Shown: one piece after another, positions 1 through 8,943 of the stretch
How positions within the stretch are numbered: the stretch's first letter is position 1
Layout: every line of letters starts with the position of its first letter
Assembly: GCA_964433675.1 (NCBI GenBank)
Contig: CAYSSJ010000003.1
Span: forward strand, 38,046 to 102,045
Origin: an uncultured Candidatus Cloacimonadota bacterium
Lineage (GTDB): Bacteria > Cloacimonadota > Cloacimonadia > Cloacimonadales > TCS61
DNA: 64,000 bases
Direction of reading: 5' to 3'
Program-made: the position numbers and the translations under genes
Notes under the pieces: model-generated
Told to the model about the DNA's origin: nothing
The model's input: only the letters and a program-made list of their open reading frames with translations
The model's database searches: none

Positions 1-2110
1 TATAGCATGGCAAATATTCTTCATAATTTGATGTCAGATAATTCTCAGCTTCAGATTCTATGTCGCCTGTGAACAACGCAGAAAAGTTTTGATATTCCAA
101 CCTTGTTACAATTGAGAGATTATTTATGTTGCTGTGTGAATAATCTTTGTCCGGATGAATAACCTTTAGATTTACAGATGATAACGCTATTTGCATAGTA
201 TCAGAGACTACGGTTAGATCGACTTCATACTCTTCTATCAAAGGTTCGAATGTTTCCCAGACAGGTCTATCGAAAAAGTGCTCATGAATCAGCAGGTTCT
301 CCACAATGACTTCTTGTATGAGTGCTTCAAACCCGCCGTAATGATCATTATGAGCATGAGTTAGTATTAGCCAGTCTATCGTACTGATCCCATGCTGCTT
401 GAAATAAGGTAGGGCAGAGTACGAGAAATGATTACTGGCGAAATCGGACGGTCCCGCATCTATCATAACGTTTTCATTATCCGGAGTTCTTATCAGAAAC
501 AAATCCCCCAAACCTGCATCGAAAAAAACGATTTTGAGTCTGTCTCTCTGAACATTAGCAATAGAGAAAATGAGAATGATAACTATAATCGCAACAGTTA
601 TAGCGATAAAGAGTTTGGTTCTTTTTTTCAGTTTGCAGAATATTAATGAAAAAAGTGATAAAAGTAATGCATAAATAAGCAACACTTGCCACCAACTTAT
701 CGAGACAAATCCATGATAAAAAGGTAACTGGGAAACAAATTGACTCCAATTTTTGAAGATATAGACAAGTAATAAAGCTGAATTCTGATAAATGGCAACA
801 AGGATTGGCAATTCCGGTAAGACTAAAAGCAGAAAATTTAATGGGATCATAATTGAAACCAATGGAATACCAATAATATTACCAAATATACCATTGAAAT
901 TGAACTGATAAAAATAGAACATCAACAAAGGAGAAAGAAAAGTAGTTATTAAAGCAGAAGATATCAGGATCGCTAAAACGGAATTAAGCATTTTCTTACT
1001 GGCAGATAGCAGTGCGATTTCTTCTTTATCAATTTTCACTATCCGAACTTGAGGTAACAAATTCAGAAGTACGAATACTGCAATAAAAGAGAGTTGGAAA
1101 CCTATGGTGAAGAGAAGAAATGGATTAAATGCAGTAATAATGATAAATGCTAAGGCGAGCACATTGTTTGCGCTTACTAATCTATTTGATAATTGTGCGA
1201 TCAGATAGACACTGATCATAATTACCGCTCGGGATACAGAGGGACGCCATGAGCAGACTCCTGCATAGGTTAATAGGATGATTATCAGAATAATCCGATT
1301 CAAAAAGCGATTGCGAATGAAAATTTTCAGGATTATGAAAGTAATAAAAGCTATGATCCCCACATGCAACCCACTAATGGCAATAAGATGGTTCAAACCG
1401 GCTCTTGTGATCAAATAATCCCAATCCTCCAATCCGCTTCTGTCTCCGATGAGAATTGCGCAAATTAACCCGGAATGCTCCTGAAAACGTTCATGAATCC
1501 GTGTTCTGATCATTTCGCGAATGCTGACGATATATTCACGTAATAGATGACGCTGATGACCGACTACTTCTACCGGCACTTGAGCAAAAGCGGTAGCATG
1601 AATCCCTGCTTGTTCCAACATATCAGCATAGTCTATCATACCTGGATTTGAAGGAGGACGCGGTCTTTGGAAACTGGCAATCGTTTTGATTAGATCATTA
1701 CAATTCAAGTCCCTATTAGTCGTATAAAGATATACTCTGCCTTCGGTTGGATATCCGGCGATAGAATCGACTGATACGGTATATCTCGATAAGCGTTCAC
1801 CACTATGGTCATAATCGATAATCTGACCATACAAGGTTTGAACGAATTCCTCTCTGTATTGCAGTAAAGAATTTATATGATGTTCAGGGTAATTTGTAGC
1901 TACAGAGAATCTTAGGAATCCCAAGAGTATGATCGCGAAAAAAAGAGCATATATTCGGATTGGTTTTATTAACACGAGAATCAAGCAACCGATCTGAAAA
2001 AGGAGTATGTAAGCTAATCCCAATTCAAGGAATCTGCCTGCAATAATCCCGATCGCCCAGCATATAGCCGGTACAAACAACGGTGCTGAGTCTAATCTAA
2101 TCTTCATCAT
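1..2110 (-). CDS. comEC: ComEC/Rec2 DNA-uptake competence protein (3' end runs off the window)
   Basis: Not in the ORF track. Manual translation from ATG at 2110 (or 2107) gives MMKIRLDSAPLFVPAICWAIGII, the Competence-domain motif AGLNHLIAISGLHVG (~1360-1400), then the MBL motifs VFFDAGLGD (~500-530) and LTHAHNDHYGG (~330-365). Confidence 0.93.
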   Translation of the reverse strand, partial: MMKIRLDSAPLFVPAICWAIGIIAGRFLELGLAYILLFQIGCLILVLIKPIRIYALFFAIILLGFLRFSVATNYPEHHINSLLQYREEFVQTLYGQIIDYDHSGERLSRYTVSVDSIAGYPTEGRVYLYTTNRDLNCNDLIKTIASFQRPRPPSNPGMIDYADMLEQAGIHATAFAQVPVEVVGHQRHLLREYIVSIREMIRTRIHERFQEHSGLICAILIGDRSGLEDWDYLITRAGLNHLIAISGLHVGIIAFITFIILKIFIRNRFLNRIILIIILLTYAGVCSWRPSVSRAVIMISVYLIAQLSNRLVSANNVLALAFIIITAFNPFLLFTIGFQLSFIAVFVLLNLLPQVRIVKIDKEEIALLSASKKMLNSVLAILISSALITTFLSPLLMFYFYQFNFNGIFGNIIGIPLVSIMIPLNFLLLVLPELPILVAIYQNSALLLVYIFKNWSQFVSQLPFYHGFVSISWWQVLLIYALLLSLFSLIFCKLKKRTKLFIAITVAIIVIILIFSIANVQRDRLKIVFFDAGLGDLFLIRTPDNENVMIDAGPSDFASNHFSYSALPYFKQHGISTIDWLILTHAHNDHYGGFEALIQEVIVENLLIHEHFFDRPVWETFEPLIEEYEVDLTVVSDTMQIALSSVNLKVIHPDKDYSHSNINNLSIVTRLEYQNFSALFTGDIESEAENYLTSNYEEYLPCY

Positions 2111-2112
2111 AA

Positions 2113-2208
2113 CTCATACCTATCGTTATTTTAAGTAAAACTCGATGTTGTATTTATTTTCTCAACAATTATCAGCTGATAATTGTTGAATTAATGTTTA
2201 GGTATGAG
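2113..2208. repeat. Intergenic nested inverted repeat: perfect 28-bp palindrome inside a 10-bp terminal inverted repeat
   Basis: TCAACAATTATCAGCTGATAATTGTTGA at 2162-2189 is its own reverse complement; CTCATACCTA (2113-2122) pairs with TAGGTATGAG (2199-2208). Confidence 0.85.
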
Positions 2209-2211
2209 CGT

Positions 2212-3366
2212 TCAGATCACTACTGAAAAATCTCGATAAGCCTTTTCGTAAACAGTTTGATTAATCTTTAGGATCTCGGATAAATCCGGATAGTTATTAG
2301 TTTGAGAATAAGAATTTACAATATGAGATACCAATTTGTATATATCGGTAAATCTGATTTTTCCTTCGGAGAATAGCTTTATTGCCGCTTCATTAGCTGC
2401 ATTCATTACAGTTGGATAAGCTCCTCCTTTTCTGCCACTTTCACAGGCGAGATAGAAGAGAGGATATCTATCCTTCTCGATTTTTTCGAAAGTGAGCGCA
2501 GGCAAATCTACAAGCGAAGTATTCACTAAGTTTGAGTGAATGTGTTTGGGGTAAGTAAAAGCATATAGGATAGGAAGCTGCATGGAAGGAGTGCTCATTT
2601 GAGCCAAAATAGACCCATCTACATATTCGATGAGCGAATGAATGATCGATTGGGGATGGATAACCGCTTCAATATCATCATACTCTTTGTTAAAAAGCCA
2701 ATGAGCTTCGATTACTTCCAAACCTTTGTTCATCATCGTGGCAGAATTGATAGTGATGGTATCTCCCATATCCCAAGTAGGGTGATCTAGAGCTTGCTTT
2801 AACCGTATATTCGAAAAGTCTCTCAAAGGTAAATCTTTAAAAGGTCCACCTGAGGCAGTAATTATCAATTTCTTTATCTGAGCCAGAGGAGTATCTCCGA
2901 TCGCTTGATAGATAGCCGAGTGTTCACTATCAACCGGTATGATATTAACCTTATTTTTTTTGATCTCATCTTTGATAAGATGTCCTGCCATCACCAAAGA
3001 TTCTTTGTTGGCTAAAGCAAGATCTATCCCATTTTTGATGGAGTACATGGTATATTCCAGCCCTGCAGACCCGGAGATAGCGTTCAATATCAAGTCACAT
3101 TCACTGGCTTTGATTAATTCTTGGAAACAATCCGCACCATAATGTATCGAGCTGGTGGTGGGCATATCTGTGATTCTCTTCTTCAAAGCTGCGTTCGATA
3201 TGATGAGATGCGGGATAGAAAACTCTTGGGCTAAGCTGAAAAGCTTATTATAATTACTATTACTACTGGCTAAAACGATCTGGAATTTGTCGGGATGATT
3301 TCTAATAACCTCGACTGCCGAAAGCCCGATCGAACCCGTAATGCCCAGAATAGCTATTCTTCTCAT
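2212..3366 (-). CDS. dxr: 1-deoxy-D-xylulose-5-phosphate reductoisomerase
   Basis: ILGITGSIG, LANKESLV, PVDSEH, ASGGPF, HPTWDMG, NKGLEVIEA, HPQSIIHS and NAANE motifs. Confidence 0.97.
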   Translation of the reverse strand: MRRIAILGITGSIGLSAVEVIRNHPDKFQIVLASSNSNYNKLFSLAQEFSIPHLIISNAALKKRITDMPTTSSIHYGADCFQELIKASECDLILNAISGSAGLEYTMYSIKNGIDLALANKESLVMAGHLIKDEIKKNKVNIIPVDSEHSAIYQAIGDTPLAQIKKLIITASGGPFKDLPLRDFSNIRLKQALDHPTWDMGDTITINSATMMNKGLEVIEAHWLFNKEYDDIEAVIHPQSIIHSLIEYVDGSILAQMSTPSMQLPILYAFTYPKHIHSNLVNTSLVDLPALTFEKIEKDRYPLFYLACESGRKGGAYPTVMNAANEAAIKLFSEGKIRFTDIYKLVSHIVNSYSQTNNYPDLSEILKINQTVYEKAYRDFSVVI

Positions 3367-4316
3367 AACCTCAAACCGATAGATACCCTATGAGAATTAT
3401 CCAATTCCGTATTATGCTTAAATGCGTAATTAATCTGCCAGTTGTTTATATTCAAGGAAGCTCCGGTGGTAAAGAATTCGATATCATAGCCTAGATAGAA
3501 ATCGAAAAGATCATGTGGATCGATCTCCAGACCGAGATGGTAGTCCATGCTGAGAAATCCCAAAGCAATTGTACTGCTGTAATCCCGGCTTTCAGTGAAA
3601 ATATTGGTTCCCAGATAAAATGAGGATGGAATATGCAGAGAAGGGATGTCGAAATCATATTTGGCTTCCAGATCTATGCTGGGTCGGACTATCTCATGCG
3701 TCCCATTAGCCCAAAGGATCTGAGTAGTGAAAAAATCACGGATGTTAGCAGCGAGCATAAGATCATCGGAGAGCTCCCAATAAGTAGAGATATCCGCTCC
3801 GAAACCAAACCCACTTTCTTCTGCTAGTGATCGATAAGCTAATTTGGGCGTGAGGCCGAGATTAAAGTTGCCCACTTTTCTGGAGATGCCGAAATATGCT
3901 ACTATATCGGCATTGTTAACATGCTTATAGGCATAAGGACGATTGGCAAAATAAAGAGAATCATCAGGATTTTCCAGCTTTGTAAGTGGGATATCGTTTA
4001 TGCCTATCCTTGTGATAACAAGAGAATATTTGGAATCAGTTCCCCAGATAGCAGCGGCAGTATCGTATTTCAAAAGTCCCACATACTCTTCTGCGTGCAT
4101 CAGTTCGAATCTGTTATCATCTACTTTGTGTAATAAAGCCGGATTCCAATATGCCAATGCGGTTGAATTTTGATCTGTCAATCCCAGATTGCCCATGGCG
4201 AAATTTCGGACACCGGCACCCATTCGGAAGATCTCTCCGGCATATTTGTCTGCAATTAGATGTGTCGGTAATAGAAATAGGATAACCAACACGATCGTAA
4301 GTCCATAATGTTTCAT
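3363..4316 (-). CDS. PorV/UPF0164-like outer-membrane beta-barrel protein (paralog 1)
   Basis: Signal peptide; GAGVRNFAMG..YWNPA N-terminal motif; GFGADI; C-terminal NYAF..L.NSHRVSIGLRL strand. Confidence 0.72.
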   Translation of the reverse strand: MKHYGLTIVLVILFLLPTHLIADKYAGEIFRMGAGVRNFAMGNLGLTDQNSTALAYWNPALLHKVDDNRFELMHAEEYVGLLKYDTAAAIWGTDSKYSLVITRIGINDIPLTKLENPDDSLYFANRPYAYKHVNNADIVAYFGISRKVGNFNLGLTPKLAYRSLAEESGFGFGADISTYWELSDDLMLAANIRDFFTTQILWANGTHEIVRPSIDLEAKYDFDIPSLHIPSSFYLGTNIFTESRDYSSTIALGFLSMDYHLGLEIDPHDLFDFYLGYDIEFFTTGASLNINNWQINYAFKHNTELDNSHRVSIGLRL

Positions 4317-4323
4317 TTTTACC

Positions 4324-6477
4324 TCACTTCTTCAAAGTTACATAATTTCCAAGTATTTTTTTCAAAACTCCACCGGGAAATGATATGGTCAATTTGGCAT
4401 CCATATCTTCTCCATCCACATTCAATACTATTCCTTCTCCAAATTTATTATGTACGATTTTTTGTCCAATCTTAAAATATGATCTGCTATTTTTTATTCT
4501 CTCTTTCGGCTTCTTTCTCGCCTTATGATAGATGTTGCTTTGCCGATAATCTTCTTCTTTATCATAGTATTTTTTATCTAACTCTGCTATGAATCTGCTC
4601 GGCATGGTGTAGGTGTTCACATTGTATAATCTTCTTGTTTGAGCCATACTCATAAAAACATTTTTTTTGGCGCGTGTAATCGCTACATACAATAGCCTGC
4701 GTTCTTCTTCCAGAGCTGTCTCACCATCTACAGAACGAGCATGAGGGATCAGACCGTCTTCCATGCCAACAATAAACACATAATCGAACTCTAAGCCTTT
4801 GGCATTGTGCATAGTCATCAAAAAAACCGTATTGGACTTATCTTCGAGCTGATCCACATCCGTTTGCAGAGCAAGATGTTGTAGAAAATCTGATAAAGTG
4901 GGGTTTCCCCCCGTCTCATGTGCATAATACTCTCCAAATTCATAAGCAGCTGCTACAAATTCCTTAATATTCTCTAACCTGGTTTCATCTCGGATGTCTT
5001 TACTATTCTCATAATATTGGATAATACCGCTACTCTCCACGACTTTTTCTACCAAAGTGGATAGAGACATCTCTCGGGCAGATTTCACCAGATCAGCATA
5101 AATGTTACCAATCCGATTCAACCGTTTCCCAAGCTTGTCAGGATCGTCTTTTTTAGCTAACATCATTTCAAAAAGTGTCTTTTGGGAAGAATATGCCATC
5201 TGGACTACATTCTGCAATGTGCTTGCCCCAATACCTCTGGGTGGAAAGTTTATGATACGCAACAAGCTCTCTGTATCTTGCGGATTGACAAGCAGACGCA
5301 AATATGCTATCAAATCCTTGATCTCTTTTCTTTGATAGAAATTTACTCCACCGACGATCTGATATGAGATCCCATGTTTGGAAAAGATCTGTTCAAATTG
5401 ACGAGATTGCGCATTTGTCCGATACAAGACAGCACAATTTTTTAACAAAGTATGCTGCTTGAGTTCCAACAGCTTTTCTGCCACAAATTCAGCTTCTTCA
5501 TAATCGTTATCCACACTGACCAAAGACGGTTTAGTTTCCGATTTCATCTTTGACCACAATGTTTTCTCATGTCTACCGGAGTTATGTTTTATCAAGCTAT
5601 TGGCGAGGTTTAGAATGATATCGGGAGAGCGATAATTCTGTTCCAGTCTGATTTTCTGTACATTTTTGTAGTCATGTTCGAATTCCAAGATATTCCTGAT
5701 AGTAGCTCCGCGCCAGCTGTAGATTGCCTGGTCATCATCTCCGACTACACAAATGTTCTGTCTTTCCCGAGCCAAAAGATGTATCAACTTGAATTGGGCA
5801 TAGTTAGTATCTTGATACTCATCTATCATGATGTATTTGAAGCGATCTTCATACTTTTTCCTAATTTTTGGTTTATCATGAAATAGTCGCGCTGTATTCG
5901 CTATCAGATCATCGAAATCCATTGCGTTATTATTGAGCAGATATTTTTGATAAGCTTTGTATATTCTATGCACGGTTTTGGTAAAGAGGTTTTCATCGTT
6001 AAATTCAAAGAAATCTTCCGGGGTAATGAGATGGTCTTTTTGATTGCTGATAAATGATCTGATCTTTGCGATCGGGAATTTCTCTTTATCTATATTTAGT
6101 TGTTTGTATATTTTTTTGAAGATCATCTTTTGATCATCAGCGTCATAGATAGAAAAATTGCTGGTATAGGGGAGATGTTCATGTTCAAAGCGCAAAATTC
6201 GCGTACAGACAGAATGGAATGTGCCAATCCACAAATAGCGCGGATCTATATCCATCAGATCTGCCAATCTGTTTTTCAATTCACGAGCAGCTTTGTTTGT
6301 AAAAGTCACTACTAAGATCGTATATGGATTCTCTTTTTTCACTTTGATGAGGTAAGCAGTTCTGTAAATAATGGTTCTGGTTTTACCGCTACCGGCGCCG
6401 GCTAAAACCAATAGCGCACCATCGGTATTTGCTACCACCGCTAATTGTTGTTCGTTCAGCTCAGTAGAATAATCCAT
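4324..6477 (-). CDS. uvrD: UvrD/PcrA ATP-dependent DNA helicase
   Basis: AGAGSGKT, TFTNKAA, DEYQD, GDDDQAIYSWRGA, LEQNYRS, YRTNAQSR, TMHNAKGLEF, EERRLLYVAITRA; C-terminal Tudor-like HNKFGEG. Confidence 0.96.
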   Translation of the reverse strand: MDYSTELNEQQLAVVANTDGALLVLAGAGSGKTRTIIYRTAYLIKVKKENPYTILVVTFTNKAARELKNRLADLMDIDPRYLWIGTFHSVCTRILRFEHEHLPYTSNFSIYDADDQKMIFKKIYKQLNIDKEKFPIAKIRSFISNQKDHLITPEDFFEFNDENLFTKTVHRIYKAYQKYLLNNNAMDFDDLIANTARLFHDKPKIRKKYEDRFKYIMIDEYQDTNYAQFKLIHLLARERQNICVVGDDDQAIYSWRGATIRNILEFEHDYKNVQKIRLEQNYRSPDIILNLANSLIKHNSGRHEKTLWSKMKSETKPSLVSVDNDYEEAEFVAEKLLELKQHTLLKNCAVLYRTNAQSRQFEQIFSKHGISYQIVGGVNFYQRKEIKDLIAYLRLLVNPQDTESLLRIINFPPRGIGASTLQNVVQMAYSSQKTLFEMMLAKKDDPDKLGKRLNRIGNIYADLVKSAREMSLSTLVEKVVESSGIIQYYENSKDIRDETRLENIKEFVAAAYEFGEYYAHETGGNPTLSDFLQHLALQTDVDQLEDKSNTVFLMTMHNAKGLEFDYVFIVGMEDGLIPHARSVDGETALEEERRLLYVAITRAKKNVFMSMAQTRRLYNVNTYTMPSRFIAELDKKYYDKEEDYRQSNIYHKARKKPKERIKNSRSYFKIGQKIVHNKFGEGIVLNVDGEDMDAKLTISFPGGVLKKILGNYVTLKK

Positions 6478-6515
6478 AAAAAACCACCATGCGCATGTTT
6501 TTTCTCGATAATCTT

Positions 6516-7241
6516 CTACAGTTCTTTATCTTCTCGGGCATATTCGAATTGATCGTTTGGTTCTGCTTCTAAAATTTTATTCAATTCATCCGATATGCCA
6601 TGATTGAGGATGATCTTTGCTGAAGTATATTTTGGCAAAGAGATGATATCTTGAGCAGGAGGATGTAGTGCATCGACAATGAGTGTGGAAACATTCCCTA
6701 TGTGATCAATTATGCTATCCAAATTGGATACATCGGATGTATATAGTAGGTTCCGATCTCCCGAGTTTATCTTGAAGGAATAAGCTCGGCAGGTATTGGC
6801 ACGATTTTCGGTAATCTCTTTGTAGCTATCCAGATGATCGGATGGTATGGGGATGATGAAATGATGAAATTGCTTCAGTTCTTTTATATCATAGAATTCT
6901 ATATCAAAAGTTAGCCGTTCTTCAAACAGATACATATACTCCATCATAGCAATGAAATTTTGGATCGATTCTGGCAAGAAGATCTTCAAAGTAGAAGTAC
7001 GCTTTTGCAAGTAGAGCATCTGGATAGCCATAAAAATACCGCTGAGATGATCGGGATGAAAATGGCTGATGCAGATAGAGTCCAGACAGTCTCTATCAAG
7101 CTTATGTGTCATGAGCTTCTCTGCTGTACCCTCCCCACAGTCGAAAAGTATATTTTGCTGATTTGCACAAACCCATAAGGCAGCATGATGTTTGCCGTAG
7201 GTAGGCATCCCGGAAGCTGAGCCTAATATCTTCGCTTTCAT
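6516..7241 (-). CDS. Metallo-beta-lactamase-fold hydrolase, RNase Z/BN-like
   Basis: ILGSASGMP, LFDCGEG, SHFHPDH (HxHxDH), YTSD. Confidence 0.75.
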   Translation of the reverse strand: MKAKILGSASGMPTYGKHHAALWVCANQQNILFDCGEGTAEKLMTHKLDRDCLDSICISHFHPDHLSGIFMAIQMLYLQKRTSTLKIFLPESIQNFIAMMEYMYLFEERLTFDIEFYDIKELKQFHHFIIPIPSDHLDSYKEITENRANTCRAYSFKINSGDRNLLYTSDVSNLDSIIDHIGNVSTLIVDALHPPAQDIISLPKYTSAKIILNHGISDELNKILEAEPNDQFEYAREDKEL

Positions 7242-7246
7242 AATTT

Positions 7247-8326
7247 CTACTTATCCAATTTGCTGAGTTGATTATCCGGAATAACGATTGGGATCTGATC
7301 CAGTTTATTACCAAAAATCACAAAAATGACAGCAAAAATTGTGGTCGAAAGAATTAGCAGTGTGCTAGAACCTATCTTGAATACCAATATAGTGACCAGA
7401 ACGAGGATTATATTGATCAAATAGATGAGAATAGCAGTAATTTTGGGAGAGCCCATCGCTGTACCTATCCTATGAGTAGAGTGATCCTTACCACCTTGGC
7501 TGATCTTTCTACCGTCCCGCTTGCGTGTAAAGCTGACCAACGAAATATCGAATATTGCATAACTAAGCATCAAAACAGGGAGCAGATAAAAATACATGTT
7601 ACCTGTGCTAGCAGTAGCGAGATCTCCTACCAGTATCCCCATAGTAGAGAGAAAATAGCCAATAAACATACTACCGGCATCTCCAAGAAAGATCCTTGCC
7701 GGATTGAAATTGTAAGGTAAGAATCCGAATACTGCTCCAGCAAAAATCAGAGCTAACAAGGAGATAAAATTGGCTTGAGCATTCAATTCTGGCGTACTAC
7801 TGATAAAACTGAGAGCATAAAATCCGAGAGCAAGAATCCCGGACATGCCAGTGATAATACCATCCATATTATCCAAAAAATTCAAAGCATTCATCAGACC
7901 AACCATCCAAATTACCAAAAGAGGTAGAGTGATATAAGCCGGACCGAAAACCGTATAGAGATCATTGCTTATCAAGAAAATCAAACAAGAAAGTGACTGA
8001 CCGGATAGCTTAACCAATGGCTTCATCCCATATCTATCATCTATAACTCCGACCAATACTATAAAAAATGCACCGGCGAGGTAACCGATGATCGGAATAT
8101 CCAGACTGTGCATATTTGTGAGAATAACATATCCCGCTAAAATAAAAAAACCGATGAACACAGAAACTCCACCAAGAAGAGGAGTCGCCTTGGTATGTAC
8201 TTTTCGAAAATTCGGTTTGTCCAAAAAATTTGTTTTGAATGCTAATTTCATTATAAAAGGAGTTATACTATACACTGTCAGAAATGCTAATATTAAGACG
8301 GTCGTGCATTTATATACTATATTCAT
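7247..8326 (-). CDS. Undecaprenyl-phosphate GlcNAc-1-phosphate transferase (WecA/TagO, glycosyltransferase family 4)
   Basis: DKPNFRKVHTKATPLLGG, GVIDD, NALNFLDNMDG, YNFNPARIFLGDAGS, DHSTHR; many TM helices. Confidence 0.9.
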   Translation of the reverse strand: MNIVYKCTTVLILAFLTVYSITPFIMKLAFKTNFLDKPNFRKVHTKATPLLGGVSVFIGFFILAGYVILTNMHSLDIPIIGYLAGAFFIVLVGVIDDRYGMKPLVKLSGQSLSCLIFLISNDLYTVFGPAYITLPLLVIWMVGLMNALNFLDNMDGIITGMSGILALGFYALSFISSTPELNAQANFISLLALIFAGAVFGFLPYNFNPARIFLGDAGSMFIGYFLSTMGILVGDLATASTGNMYFYLLPVLMLSYAIFDISLVSFTRKRDGRKISQGGKDHSTHRIGTAMGSPKITAILIYLINIILVLVTILVFKIGSSTLLILSTTIFAVIFVIFGNKLDQIPIVIPDNQLSKLDK

Positions 8327-8476
8327 CCTCTAAACCCCTACTTTACCAGATACATATTGAGAATACATTTATTTGATTCTTTATATTTGTCAATGATTTA
8401 TTCTCTCCAAGTCTGTAATAATTCATTGACAGTTTTGGATGTATCTAATCTACTAACCTACAGAGAGGTGAAAAAG

Positions 8477-8920
8477 GTGAAAAAATATAGAAATAGGAAA
8501 GCAATGCATAATTACTTTATCATTCAGGAGATGGAAGCCGGTATTGTTTTGCAAGGTAGTGAGATCAAGTCTATACGTGCCGGGAAGGTTAGTTTCAAAG
8601 ATTCTTATGCTACTATAGAAAACAACGAAGTTTGGCTCAATAGTTTGCATATCAGTCCCTATGAACAGAGTGGAATATATAATCATGATCCGGAGCGAAA
8701 ACGGAAATTGCTGTTGAATAAAAGAGAGATAAGAAAACTAATCCCCAAAACGGAGGAGCAGGGATACACTCTCATTCCCAAAGAGATTTATATTAATGAA
8801 AAAGGGTTGGCAAAAGTGAACTTGGCTCTTGCGAAAGGAAAGAAATTGTATGACAAACGGGAAACTATCCAGAAAAAAGATGAGCTCCGAGAACACCAGC
8901 GCAGACTCAAAAATATGTGA
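8477..8920 (+). CDS. smpB: SsrA-binding protein
   Basis: NRKA.HNY, EAGIVLQGSEIKSIR, HDPERKRKLLL, KGKKLYDKR. Start moved to GTG 8477 after a GAGGTG RBS (ORF track 8357). Confidence 0.97.
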   Translation: MKKYRNRKAMHNYFIIQEMEAGIVLQGSEIKSIRAGKVSFKDSYATIENNEVWLNSLHISPYEQSGIYNHDPERKRKLLLNKREIRKLIPKTEEQGYTLIPKEIYINEKGLAKVNLALAKGKKLYDKRETIQKKDELREHQRRLKNM

Positions 8921-8943
8921 TCTCGTCTGTTTGAATTGAGAAT

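Noticed and set aside
2104..2216. Integron attC site (AAC...GTT ends around the inverted repeat)
   Set aside because: Right end GTTCAGA does not fit GTTRRRY; no integrase or cassettes; flanks are core genes.
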